64,000 nt of DNA from an uncultured Spirochaetota bacterium (GTDB taxonomy: Bacteria > Spirochaetota > Brevinematia > Brevinematales > JAOACQ01): the NCBI GenBank assembly GCA_963768055.1, contig CAVYGN010000001.1, positions 1,248,001 to 1,312,000 on the forward strand, read 5' to 3'. The notes under the pieces are model-generated. The model was given only the letters and a program-made list of their open reading frames with translations, was not told where the DNA came from and did no database searches. Shown here piece by piece: positions 21,473 to 31,336 of the stretch (the stretch's first letter is position 1; every line of letters starts with the position of its first letter). The translations under genes were made by a program, and so were the position numbers.

Positions 21473-23554
21473 ATGAAAACTGAAAAGGTAAAAAAAAGAT
21501 TAAACAAAAATTTTATGGTGATATCTCTTTCCACCCTTGTTTTCTGTATTATCGGAGGGCTGTACTATTTGGTACCGATGATAATTCCCGATTTTAATGT
21601 TTTTCAGGGTATCGAGAACAATTCGGTTGATTTCCGTTTTACTGCAAAAAATTACATGGATAGTGTAATTTTCAAAACAGGGAAAAACGGAATATATAAC
21701 AGGATAGTTATAGCCGCAATAGATGACGAAACGATCATCGATAACAGCGGATGGCCCTTCGACAGGAAAGTCTGGGCCGATGCCCTTAACTTCCTGAACG
21801 ATTCGCTCTCAAGGCCGGGCCTCACATTCTTCGATATTGATTTCAGCGACCCCAGCCAGAAGCCCGAAAGCGACAGAGCGCTTATTAAAGCCTTCAAAAA
21901 TTACAGGGGGAGCCTTGGCGAAGATATTATCCTTGAAGCTATCGAAGGGCTTGACTTAAACGCGCTTAAAACCGGCGGAGAGGAATCGATCGAAACCAGG
22001 GATAACATTATAATACAAAAAGCGATGGATTACGATTCTGAAAGGATAAAGGCCCTGAAAAAATTCGAAATAAAGGTTACAAATGAAATAAACACTCTTT
22101 ATCCGATAGTTTCCCCTCTTCTTAAAGAGCTCCCGGAATACCTCCAGTTTGTCGGCGCAGCCAATATCGAATCGCGTGAAAAGACATACAGGGCTGTTCC
22201 GGCTATCCCCTTCATCAATCCTGTTTTTTACAGGATATTGGGCCCGGATGGAAAATATTCCCTTACAAATATATGTTATCCTTCGATAATCCTTGCAATA
22301 GTCCTGAATGAACTTAAAGCAGGGCTCTCGGATGTCGTTCTCGGGGATCATGCAGTGATTATTAAAAATGCCTTATATAAAGGGCGGAGGTCTGATTTCA
22401 GCATACCGGTGGATGAAAACTTCCAGATGAGCATAAATTACAGGTCAGGCCCGCGCAGTTCATATATCATGAAAATACCGTTCAGAAATCTTACTACCGC
22501 AAGGCTGCCCGAGGATTCAATGCTTTTTATCGGCATGTATTCGACAAAGGGCAGCAGGGATTTATATAATTCGCCGGTGGGAGAGATGTTCGGGGTAGAG
22601 CACCTGGCATACGCAGTAGGCACCATACTCAGCAGGGATTTCCTCTATGATGCCCCCGAGTGGATGAATCTTATATACATGTTATTTTTGACTGTATTTG
22701 TAGGCTTTGCGACATCCCGGGGACTCAAATACATAGTAGGCGCGGCCTCATTATCCATAATACTGCCTATCGCTTTAGGAGTCATAGCTTTTCAATTCAA
22801 CTTTATCATCTCGACGCTGATCCCGGCAATAAGCGGAATAATAGCCCTCTTAACGATCCAGATTTACATGCTTTTCACCGAAGAGAAGGAGAAAAGTTTT
22901 ATAAAAACCACTTTCTCAAGTTATCTTAACCCCAAACTTGTCGACATCCTTATCCAGAACCCGGAAAGGATACAGCTCGGAGGCGAAGATAAAGAGATCA
23001 CTGTCCTTTTTTCGGCCATTAAGAACCTCGGGGACATAACAGCAGGCATGGGTGCAAAGGAGCTTATAGGCTTCTTAAACGATTATTTTTCAATGATGGC
23101 AGACATAGTGATGGACACAAGCGGAACTCTCGACAAGTACATCGGGGACTCGGTAATGGCGTTCTGGGGAGCCCCTATAGATATTCCCGACCACGCGATA
23201 AAGGCCTGCGAAGCAGGATTAAAAATGTTAGAGACGGTTAAGGATTTCAATAAAAAAAGAAGTGAAAAAGCCCTTGATCCGATCAATGTTAATATAGGGA
23301 TCAATACCGGCTGCATTATTGTCGGAAATGTCGGATCTGAGAGCCAGAAAAACTATACAGCGATAGGCGATCCGGTAAACCTCGCCTCGAGGCTCAAGGG
23401 CCTTAACAAGTTTTACCATACCCAGACCGTTATAAGCGAATATACATATGAAAAGATCAGGGACCGCTGCCTGGCAAGAGAACTGGACCTTACGCGGGTA
23501 AAGGGGAAATTAAAGCCTGTAAGAATATATGAACTCCTGGATCTTAAACTATAA
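21473..23554 (+). CDS. CHASE2-TM-class III adenylate cyclase, subunit A (first metal-binding Asp lost)
   Basis: CHASE2 motifs IDD...GWPFDR, FDIDF, GVEH; TM helices; cyclase LFSAIKNL, DKYIGD, YTAIGDPVNLASRL, VKGK. Confidence 0.9.
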   Translation: MKTEKVKKRLNKNFMVISLSTLVFCIIGGLYYLVPMIIPDFNVFQGIENNSVDFRFTAKNYMDSVIFKTGKNGIYNRIVIAAIDDETIIDNSGWPFDRKVWADALNFLNDSLSRPGLTFFDIDFSDPSQKPESDRALIKAFKNYRGSLGEDIILEAIEGLDLNALKTGGEESIETRDNIIIQKAMDYDSERIKALKKFEIKVTNEINTLYPIVSPLLKELPEYLQFVGAANIESREKTYRAVPAIPFINPVFYRILGPDGKYSLTNICYPSIILAIVLNELKAGLSDVVLGDHAVIIKNALYKGRRSDFSIPVDENFQMSINYRSGPRSSYIMKIPFRNLTTARLPEDSMLFIGMYSTKGSRDLYNSPVGEMFGVEHLAYAVGTILSRDFLYDAPEWMNLIYMLFLTVFVGFATSRGLKYIVGAASLSIILPIALGVIAFQFNFIISTLIPAISGIIALLTIQIYMLFTEEKEKSFIKTTFSSYLNPKLVDILIQNPERIQLGGEDKEITVLFSAIKNLGDITAGMGAKELIGFLNDYFSMMADIVMDTSGTLDKYIGDSVMAFWGAPIDIPDHAIKACEAGLKMLETVKDFNKKRSEKALDPINVNIGINTGCIIVGNVGSESQKNYTAIGDPVNLASRLKGLNKFYHTQTVISEYTYEKIRDRCLARELDLTRVKGKLKPVRIYELLDLKL

Positions 23555-23572
23555 TTTGTTAAGGAGGGGGGT

Positions 23573-25702
23573 ATGGCCGGGAAAAATAAAATCGGAAAAT
23601 CGAGCACCATAATACTTATATCTTTGGCTGTAATTCTGTTTATTGCCGGGATGTTTTACCTGCCGCATGAATATGACTTTCTGTCGGTCAGAAAAGTCCT
23701 CCATGCTTTTGAAGACCTTTCCATCGGCTGGAGGTTCGTCTCCAAGTCCTTTCAAACGGGCACTTTTGTGCAGGTCAAGGGCGCGATTCACCGCAACCAG
23801 GTCCCGGGCATTTATTCTAAAATGACCATCTTCGAACTCGATGACGACTCAATCAGTTATTATAAAAGCTATCCTATCGATAGAAAGGTATGGGCGAAAC
23901 TGCTGGACCATTTTAATTCATCCAACTCGATTTATAAAAAACCCCATTTATATCCCCCCGATCTTCTTTTGTTCGATATTTTCTTCGATAAACCAAGCCC
24001 GAACACCGATAGCGACGCCGCCCTGGCAAAATCATTCGCTTCATTCAGCCAGCCTGCTGGCGGAGATTTTATGCTTTACCCTATTCCTATGTTCCGCCCT
24101 CAGCTTGATTCAGATAATTACATAATCGATGAAAAAGACAGAAAAACTATTATAAAAGAAGGGCTTTCCTACGATTCTCCCGAAGCCGCCGCTTTGCAAA
24201 AATTCGAATTAAATACAGGCCTTAAACCCGGGGAAATAAGACCCTTTTACAAGGTAAAATCCATAATAGGAAAAATATCGGAGAACCTTACTTTTTCGGG
24301 CTTTGTGAATACCGAGCCTATCGAACCCGGGGAAGATATATACTGCAAAAATCCCCTGGTCCTTCCTGTGGGATACTATATCGAGGAAAACGGGAAATTA
24401 AAAATAACTAATATATACTACCCTTCGATAGCTTTGTCGGCCGCCGTAAAACTCCTTGGCGCGGATTTGAAGGATGTAGTTCTCGAAAAGGGCAAAGTAA
24501 TTATTAAAAACGCCGTCTGGCATGGCGGAAAAAGCGACTTTTCAATACCGGTGGATAATGAGTACAGGCTTTTGATAAATTATAAAGCGACAGGCCCTTC
24601 CGGCTTCATACAAATTATGCCCATTAAACTGGCTGAGCATGCCCAATTTCCTAAAAATTCAATATTTCTTATCGGTGTAGCCACTTCCGGAATATCGGAT
24701 AACAAATGGCTTTCCCCCCTTGGGGATATGTACAGCGTGGAACATATAGGATATTCCATCGGGACAATATTAAACAGGGATTTTATTAATGAAGTCCCAT
24801 TACCCTTTGAACTTGCTTACCTCATCGTTTTTACGATCTTGATCGGGATCCTGCTCTCAAGGGGGACCGGAACGGCCATTATAGCCCTTCTGCTTGCAAT
24901 AATATTTCCGCTTTTTCTCGGCTTCGCGCTATTTCAGATTAATATAATGATAGTTACACTTATACCTATTATCACAGGAGGTCTCGCCCTCGTTGCCGGT
25001 GAAATATTTATTATACTTACGGAGCAAAGGGAAAAACGGTTTATAAAATCCACTTTTTCTAAGTATGTCAGTCCGGATCTTGTTAATATCCTTGTGGCAA
25101 ACCCAGAAAAGATCGAACTTGGAGGCCAGGATACGGAGGCGACAGTCCTCTTTTCAGATATAAGAGGGTTTACAACCCTTTCGGAAGGTATGCAGCCGAA
25201 GGATCTCATAGGTTTTTTAAACCTGTATCTGACAAGAATGACCAACATTGTCATGGAGACAAAAGGAACCCTGGACAAATATATAGGAGACGCTGTTGTC
25301 GCGTTTTGGGGTACGCCGATCGAACTCCCCGACCATGCGCTTAAGGCATGCCAGGCAGGCCTTAAAATGATCGATTCCATGAACGCTTTTAACGAAGAAC
25401 AGGTAAAGTTGGGAAATAAGGCGATAAATATCGGAATAGGCCTGAATACAGGGAACATTACCGTAGGTAATATCGGATCGGAAAAGAAGAGAAATTATAC
25501 GGCGATCGGCGATAATATGGATATGGCTGAAGACCTTCAGGATGAAAATAAATTTTATCAAACCAATGTTATTATCAGCCAGTTCACTTATGAAAAAATC
25601 AAGGAATGGGCCGTTGTCAGGGAATTGGACAGTATTTATGTAAAGGGTCATAATAATCCGATAAAGATATACGAACTTATGGATTTGACTAAATGGGATT
25701 GA
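23573..25702 (+). CDS. CHASE2-TM-class III adenylate cyclase, subunit B (catalytic Asn/Arg lost)
   Basis: CHASE2 motifs YPIDR, FDIFF, SVEH; cyclase LFSDIRGFT, DKYIGD, YTAIGDNMDMAEDL. Confidence 0.9.
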   Translation: MAGKNKIGKSSTIILISLAVILFIAGMFYLPHEYDFLSVRKVLHAFEDLSIGWRFVSKSFQTGTFVQVKGAIHRNQVPGIYSKMTIFELDDDSISYYKSYPIDRKVWAKLLDHFNSSNSIYKKPHLYPPDLLLFDIFFDKPSPNTDSDAALAKSFASFSQPAGGDFMLYPIPMFRPQLDSDNYIIDEKDRKTIIKEGLSYDSPEAAALQKFELNTGLKPGEIRPFYKVKSIIGKISENLTFSGFVNTEPIEPGEDIYCKNPLVLPVGYYIEENGKLKITNIYYPSIALSAAVKLLGADLKDVVLEKGKVIIKNAVWHGGKSDFSIPVDNEYRLLINYKATGPSGFIQIMPIKLAEHAQFPKNSIFLIGVATSGISDNKWLSPLGDMYSVEHIGYSIGTILNRDFINEVPLPFELAYLIVFTILIGILLSRGTGTAIIALLLAIIFPLFLGFALFQINIMIVTLIPIITGGLALVAGEIFIILTEQREKRFIKSTFSKYVSPDLVNILVANPEKIELGGQDTEATVLFSDIRGFTTLSEGMQPKDLIGFLNLYLTRMTNIVMETKGTLDKYIGDAVVAFWGTPIELPDHALKACQAGLKMIDSMNAFNEEQVKLGNKAINIGIGLNTGNITVGNIGSEKKRNYTAIGDNMDMAEDLQDENKFYQTNVIISQFTYEKIKEWAVVRELDSIYVKGHNNPIKIYELMDLTKWD

Positions 25703-27432
25703 AACCTCTTAATTACGGGTTTGCACTGCTTCTGTTTGTTTTTTGTTCATGCACCTCCGGTCTTATAAAAGAAGAGCAGGAAAAGCAGCAAACAAATCTC
25801 TCTGCAGCTATTTTAGACTCTATAGTAAAGCGCTATACTATCATAATATACCCCTTCCGGAATCTCACAGGCGAAGGGGACCTCGATTATTTGACAAACG
25901 CAATTCCGGATATGCTTGAAAACCATTTAAAACCGATAGAAAGCGAAACATCATTTATACCCTTTGAAATTGTGGATTTCAGCTTGAATTCGAATGTAAT
26001 AAATCTCGTTGAGGCTTCGAATTCTATTTTTACAAATTATCTTATTTTACAGCCGGTTACATTGACGCAATACAAAGCTGATACAACGTTAGGCAATATC
26101 AATTCCATTATTACAACAAATTTGGTGAGTACAAATTCTACAAATTCAACAAATACAAATACTAATACGAATAAAGTGATTGTCGCCAATTATACAATCG
26201 GAGGCCAGCCCTATATCATCAGTACGAATATGAACACAAATATTATCACAAATTCAATAATTACAAATATAATACAGACCAACCTCCCAAAATTGACCAG
26301 GGAAAATTATATGGCCCTTATTTTAAACGAATACACGGATTTGACGAATATAATATGTTTCATGCCTATCGATATAACAAACAGGGGGATCGGACATACC
26401 AACGCGTTATCAAATTCAGTTAATTTATCGAATTCTATAAGCAATAATTATTCTATAAGCAATAACTATTGTGAAGTTCGTGGAAGCTACTCCCTGGTTG
26501 AAAAACGGCAGGGTCCGAACCTGCTAAAAGTCGATATGACCGCTGTTTTCGTTATGAATGGAACGAATATTATTAAAAGGGAAATAACAAGCAGAGAGGA
26601 CAGGCTTTCCGAAAAGATTTTCGATTTCGTGAAACCGATCAGAAGGCTTAGCCTGAATAAAGAAACCGGCGATATTATTATCGATTCCCAGCCGGAGGAC
26701 GCCAGCATTTATTATGACGGTATCTTTATTGGAAAGAGCCCCTTATATTATCCATCGATTCCCGCAGGACAGCATGTCTTTTCATTTTTAAAACAGGGGT
26801 TTTCTCAGGTTGTCGTTAAATCCGATATCCTTACGAACAGGACAAATATAATTTATAAACCGATAGAACAACTCCAGACCGGAGGGATAGTAAGTATCAA
26901 GTCCGAACCGTCCAATGCTCTAGTTTATATAGATTCTTCTTTTGTGGGCAAAACACCGATTGTGCTTACAGATCTGACTATCGATACCCTGCACAGGGTC
27001 ACAATAGAAACCACGGCTTCAAACTACTTTCCGTTTTATAATAACTTTACGTTGCATAATACAAATATCCAATATGAAATCGATGCGACGCTTACCGGAA
27101 TTCAGGGTACTCCTGATTGGGAACGGCGTTTGAATTGGTATGGAGTCTACGCGGGATGGGGCGTTACAGCCTTTTTCGTCGCTTTGAATATCTACGCCGA
27201 TTATGAAAAACAGTACTATGAGGATCAGGTTTTTAACCAGGGAAACAGCGATGCGCAGGCTGGCGTCAGCTTTTATGACAATCTTAATCATACAACGACT
27301 ACGTGGGGTGTGGTTTCCGGCATTGTGACATTGGGCTTTACCTGCGTTGCCCTCTTCAATGAGGAAGTCTACCTGGGATTGCGAAGCACATCGCCCTCGG
27401 ATATCGACGCGTATCTAGCCTTGAGATTTTAA
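25693..27432 (+). CDS. PEGA-domain lipoprotein with Asn/Thr-rich region
   Basis: Lipobox-like FVFCSC; PFRNLTGEGDLDYL (TolB/CsgG-like start); two PEGA repeats (DSQPEDASIYYDG...GKSPL; KSEPSNALVYID...GKTP); C-terminal hydrophobic helices. Confidence 0.75.
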   Translation: MGLKPLNYGFALLLFVFCSCTSGLIKEEQEKQQTNLSAAILDSIVKRYTIIIYPFRNLTGEGDLDYLTNAIPDMLENHLKPIESETSFIPFEIVDFSLNSNVINLVEASNSIFTNYLILQPVTLTQYKADTTLGNINSIITTNLVSTNSTNSTNTNTNTNKVIVANYTIGGQPYIISTNMNTNIITNSIITNIIQTNLPKLTRENYMALILNEYTDLTNIICFMPIDITNRGIGHTNALSNSVNLSNSISNNYSISNNYCEVRGSYSLVEKRQGPNLLKVDMTAVFVMNGTNIIKREITSREDRLSEKIFDFVKPIRRLSLNKETGDIIIDSQPEDASIYYDGIFIGKSPLYYPSIPAGQHVFSFLKQGFSQVVVKSDILTNRTNIIYKPIEQLQTGGIVSIKSEPSNALVYIDSSFVGKTPIVLTDLTIDTLHRVTIETTASNYFPFYNNFTLHNTNIQYEIDATLTGIQGTPDWERRLNWYGVYAGWGVTAFFVALNIYADYEKQYYEDQVFNQGNSDAQAGVSFYDNLNHTTTTWGVVSGIVTLGFTCVALFNEEVYLGLRSTSPSDIDAYLALRF

Positions 27433-28257
27433 AAATTCAGCAAGAACCCTCCCCCCTACCGGGTGGTTCTTTATATATAACAGCCATGATAAAAGATAGC
27501 TCTCAGGCTCTCCGGTATCAAGCATCGTTCCGCTGATTTCTAAAGCTTGCACCCTCCCCATTTCCGCCAGTTTGTTTATAGCCTCAATGTGGTAAAATTC
27601 ACCGCCGGTATGGTTTTTATAATCGGTTTCCAGAAAATCGAGTATCTCCGGTGTGTATAAATATCTGCCTATTGAAACAAAATTGGAAGGCGCATTTCCA
27701 TTATCCGGTTTTTCAACAATTTTTTCAATATCGAGGAATTCTCCCGACTTTTTAAATTTAACGACCCCATAACGTGATAAATTGACTTGTTCTTTTCTAA
27801 TTGCAAGAATATTTTTACCCGTACGGTTATACAAATCTATCATTGAACTTGTAAGTCCGGGATCGCTTAAAACAATATCGTCCGGATAGGCAACTATTAA
27901 GGGTTCCTGCTGAATAAACGGCTTTATCATCAACAGGGCCTGTCCCGTACCCTTCATTTCCTTCTGCCTGATAAAACAAAAGTTCATATTTCTCGGTTTT
28001 ATGCTGTTAAGCATTTTGCTTTTTTTACTCTTGCCGAGTTCCTGCTCCAGTTCAATCTCTTTATCGAGGTAATCCTCAAGCGGCTTCTTTCTTCTGCTCG
28101 ATATAATTATAACGTCCTTTATGCCGGCTTCTTCAAACTCATCAAGTATAAAATCGATGAGGGGCCTGTCGTACAAAGGAAGCATTTCCTTTGGAAGAGA
28201 TTTCGTCAGAGGTAAAAAACGAGTCCCGTAGCCTGCCGCGACGATCACGCCTTTCAT
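27415..28257 (-). CDS. galU: UTP--glucose-1-phosphate uridylyltransferase
   Basis: AAGYGTRFLPLTKSLPKEMLP, RQKEMKGTG, VEKP, GRY. Confidence 0.9.
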   Translation of the reverse strand: MKGVIVAAGYGTRFLPLTKSLPKEMLPLYDRPLIDFILDEFEEAGIKDVIIISSRRKKPLEDYLDKEIELEQELGKSKKSKMLNSIKPRNMNFCFIRQKEMKGTGQALLMIKPFIQQEPLIVAYPDDIVLSDPGLTSSMIDLYNRTGKNILAIRKEQVNLSRYGVVKFKKSGEFLDIEKIVEKPDNGNAPSNFVSIGRYLYTPEILDFLETDYKNHTGGEFYHIEAINKLAEMGRVQALEISGTMLDTGEPESYLLSWLLYIKNHPVGGRVLAEFLKSQG

Positions 28258-28530
28258 ATAAACTCCTCGATATAATTACCGGCTTCTATAACAAATTCAG
28301 CGAAGCCACGCAAAGACTCACAAGGAGGTTTTCAGGTTTGTATAGAAATACCCTCGCTTCCCGATCCTTAAATTATTCTCCCCGTTTATTAGCGTGGCTT
28401 AGCGGATAGACAGCCAAGGCCGTAAACGCTAATATTGACCGATTGTAATAAAAAATGCATATAATTATAAAACTTTTTATTAGCGATAACAAGAATTGCA
28501 ATAATACCGATATTATCTAAAGGAGCGGCT

Positions 28531-29025
28531 ATGAATCCTATCGATTTTGCGGTAATAGTTTTATTGATTGTCGGATTCGTCTGGGGTTTCAGCAAGGGTT
28601 TCATATACATGATATTCAGTCTCCTCGCTATAATCGGAGGCCTGTTTGTCGGCAACAAATTAGCCCCCATGATCGTTCCCGTTTTCCCGCAGCAATATTC
28701 GAAAATCGGTTACATAATAGTTTTTATTATAATATTTATTTTGATTTATGTTTTAATCAAGAAATTGACTTACCTTCTCAACGATATGGTCGAGTTCCTG
28801 GAGCTCGAATGGCTGGATAGCCTTCTCGGAGGCATTATCGGCCTGGTACAATTTCTTATAATCATCGGCGTCATTATATCTGTAGGAAATTCTTCCCGCT
28901 TTTTAAGTTTTATACCCGCTTTTCAGGATAGTAAAATTGCTTTTACAATATCAAATCTATCAATGCAGATCATCAACTTCGTGGCCGGCAACTTTTCCAT
29001 CGCATCAGTGAAGCCGCTGCTATAA
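28531..29025 (+). CDS. CvpA family membrane protein
   Basis: ID...GFSKGFI, LDSLLGGIIG; 4 TM. Confidence 0.85.
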   Translation: MNPIDFAVIVLLIVGFVWGFSKGFIYMIFSLLAIIGGLFVGNKLAPMIVPVFPQQYSKIGYIIVFIIIFILIYVLIKKLTYLLNDMVEFLELEWLDSLLGGIIGLVQFLIIIGVIISVGNSSRFLSFIPAFQDSKIAFTISNLSMQIINFVAGNFSIASVKPLL

Positions 29026-29120
29026 GTTATTCGATCCAAGTTCTATTTCTTTTTATTTTCTTTCTTGACTGCTTATAGTATATTAATTAATATGAATATC
29101 AAGCATTGTTGAGGTTATAC

Positions 29121-30383
29121 ATGAAGATTTTATTTTCACTTGCAATAATATTCTTTATAACTCAATTATCATATACGCTGGAAAAAAAGGTGGCTGTATG
29201 CGAGATCAGGGAAGCAATAACACCGGTAACTGAGAAATATATAATAAGGAGCCTGGATGCGGCAAAATCAGGTAAATTTGACGCCGTAATATTTAAAATG
29301 GACACGCCCGGAGGCCTGCTCGACAGTACGCGCAGCATTGTACAGGCACTGCTTAATTCAACAATCGATACCATAGTTTACGTTTCTCCCTCAGGGGCAC
29401 GTGCAGGGTCCGCGGGAGTTTTTATTACATTATCCGCCAAATATGCGGCCATGGCCCCTGCATGTAATATCGGCGCCGCACATCCGGTGACAATCGGAAA
29501 CCAGGGAGGTGTGGAAAAAGAGGATGAAAACGCGAAACATCTTTCACAGAAAATTGAAAACGACTCAATTGCATTTATAAAATCAATCGCAAAGGAAAGA
29601 AAAAGAAATATTGAATGGGCCGTCGACTCGGTTAAAGAAAGCGTATCAATAACCAGCGAAGAAGCCCTGAAAAAGGGTGTTATAGATTTTATAGCAAAGG
29701 ATGATTCCGACCTTGTGAGACAGATCTATGGAAAAGATACTGTTTATCTTTTTCAGCCGATTAAAAAAAATTGGGCCGAATCTTTACTTAGTGTTCTGGC
29801 AAATCCGAATCTTGTTTATTTCCTTATGATTCTTGGTTTTTACGGGATCCTATATGAAATAATTCATCCGGGAACTATTTTTTCAGGCGCCACCGGCGCC
29901 TTACTCCTTATTGTTGCTCTTTTTTCGATGCAGTATCTTCCATTTAGCTTCGCCGGTTTTTTCCTTATTGTTCTGGCTTTTGTACTTTTTTTAATTGAAA
30001 TTTTCACAACATCGCATGGTTTTCTAATCATCGGAGGATTGATCAGCCTTATAATCGGTTCTGCAATGCTATTCGACTCTCCCCTGCCCTTCCTGAGGGT
30101 TTCTTACACCTCGATAGCAGTTGTTACAATAACTACCTTCCTTGTTTTTACCGGCCTTGTATATCTGATTTCAAAAGTACTATACAGGAAGGCTATATCC
30201 GGCAAAGACGGGATGATAGGCCAGAAGGGGGTTGCCTTTACAGATTTTATCGGAGGAAAGGGCAAAGTATTTTTTCATGGTGAAATCTGGAAAGCTAATT
30301 CTGAAACAGATATAAAAAAGGACAGCGATGTTACGATTAAAAGCATAAAAGGGCTAGAAATATCAGTTAGAGAACAGAAATGA
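29121..30383 (+). CDS. nfeD: Long-form NfeD membrane serine protease (ClpP-like domain, TM region, OB fold)
   Basis: MDTPGG, RAGSAG, NIGAAHPV, QKIEND, GKVFFHGEIWKA. Confidence 0.88.
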   Translation: MKILFSLAIIFFITQLSYTLEKKVAVCEIREAITPVTEKYIIRSLDAAKSGKFDAVIFKMDTPGGLLDSTRSIVQALLNSTIDTIVYVSPSGARAGSAGVFITLSAKYAAMAPACNIGAAHPVTIGNQGGVEKEDENAKHLSQKIENDSIAFIKSIAKERKRNIEWAVDSVKESVSITSEEALKKGVIDFIAKDDSDLVRQIYGKDTVYLFQPIKKNWAESLLSVLANPNLVYFLMILGFYGILYEIIHPGTIFSGATGALLLIVALFSMQYLPFSFAGFFLIVLAFVLFLIEIFTTSHGFLIIGGLISLIIGSAMLFDSPLPFLRVSYTSIAVVTITTFLVFTGLVYLISKVLYRKAISGKDGMIGQKGVAFTDFIGGKGKVFFHGEIWKANSETDIKKDSDVTIKSIKGLEISVREQK

Positions 30384-30516
30384 TTATAAAATTATTATTA
30401 AAAAATAGTATTCTATTAATTTCATAAATGAGTTAAAATAAAAGTATTATATTATAACCGTTTCAAATTTAAGTTATTAGAGTTGACCTTTTAATGAAAT
30501 TTGCCGGGAGTATGGA

Positions 30517-31215
30517 ATGGCTTCAAATGATAACTCGTACATTCAAAGAATAAATAACGGAAGGTCCTTTTCTATCAAGTTATATAATAACGACAGGGGC
30601 ATAAATAACTCGATCAAGAGAACAATTGAAAGTATTTTTATTAAATATAACAGGAATGATTTGAACGATATCATCTATTTTTGCATAAAAGAACTGATCC
30701 TGAATGCGATAATGACTAATGTAAAATCCCTTTTTTTTCAAAAAAATAAGCTCAATATAAACAACATCGCGGATTATGTCGCCGGAATTACAAAGTTTAA
30801 CGATATGATTGAAAAAAACGAGGCAAAAAAATATTTCGCTGCGCTTCCTGAAGAAGATCTCTGGGTAAAATTCAATGTGAAGCATAGTAAACATGGATTA
30901 AAATTCGAAATAACGAATAATTCCCCTATTGTAGGAATAGAGGAAAAACAGATCAGGATGAAGCTCCAGAAATCGATGATTTCCATAGATTTGATAGATT
31001 TTAACAATGACCTCGGATATGACGCCTATGATGAAAAGATGGGACTTGCCATGGTCGCAATGCTGCTTAAAAAGGCAAACCTGGATGTCAGCCTTTTTCG
31101 CGTAGGAACGACTAACGGTATAACACTCTCCCGCATCGAAGTGCCGTTCTCTTCAAAGTTCAGGTCCAGCAGGAATAAAAAACCCGTAATAAAAAATGCC
31201 GGGGACGAGACTTGA
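30517..31215 (+). CDS. Hypothetical protein, possibly HATPase/anti-sigma-like
   Basis: KELILNA (N-box-like), ITNNS, MGLAMV; 3' end overlaps the tRNA. Confidence 0.55.
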   Translation: MASNDNSYIQRINNGRSFSIKLYNNDRGINNSIKRTIESIFIKYNRNDLNDIIYFCIKELILNAIMTNVKSLFFQKNKLNINNIADYVAGITKFNDMIEKNEAKKYFAALPEEDLWVKFNVKHSKHGLKFEITNNSPIVGIEEKQIRMKLQKSMISIDLIDFNNDLGYDAYDEKMGLAMVAMLLKKANLDVSLFRVGTTNGITLSRIEVPFSSKFRSSRNKKPVIKNAGDET

Positions 31216-31280
31216 ACTCACACAGGCTAACGCCCACTAGCCCCTCAAGCTAGCGTGTCTACCAATTCCACCACCCCGGC
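31197..31280 (-). tRNA. tRNA-Leu (anticodon GAG), CCA not encoded
   Basis: GCCGGGG acceptor stem, GGAATTGGTAGAC D-arm, CTAGC-TTGAGGG-GCTAG anticodon arm, long variable arm, GTTCAAGTC T-loop. Confidence 0.95.
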
Positions 31281-31336
31281 ACAATTGAAAAATATTATAA
31301 GGGGTCACATTCCTTTAGTCAAATTATCTTATTTAA

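Noticed and set aside
26100..26470. Asn/Thr-rich repetitive DNA as a CRISPR or tandem array
   Set aside because: Low-complexity coding sequence with no repeat-spacer periodicity; no CRISPR array or cas gene was seen in the window.
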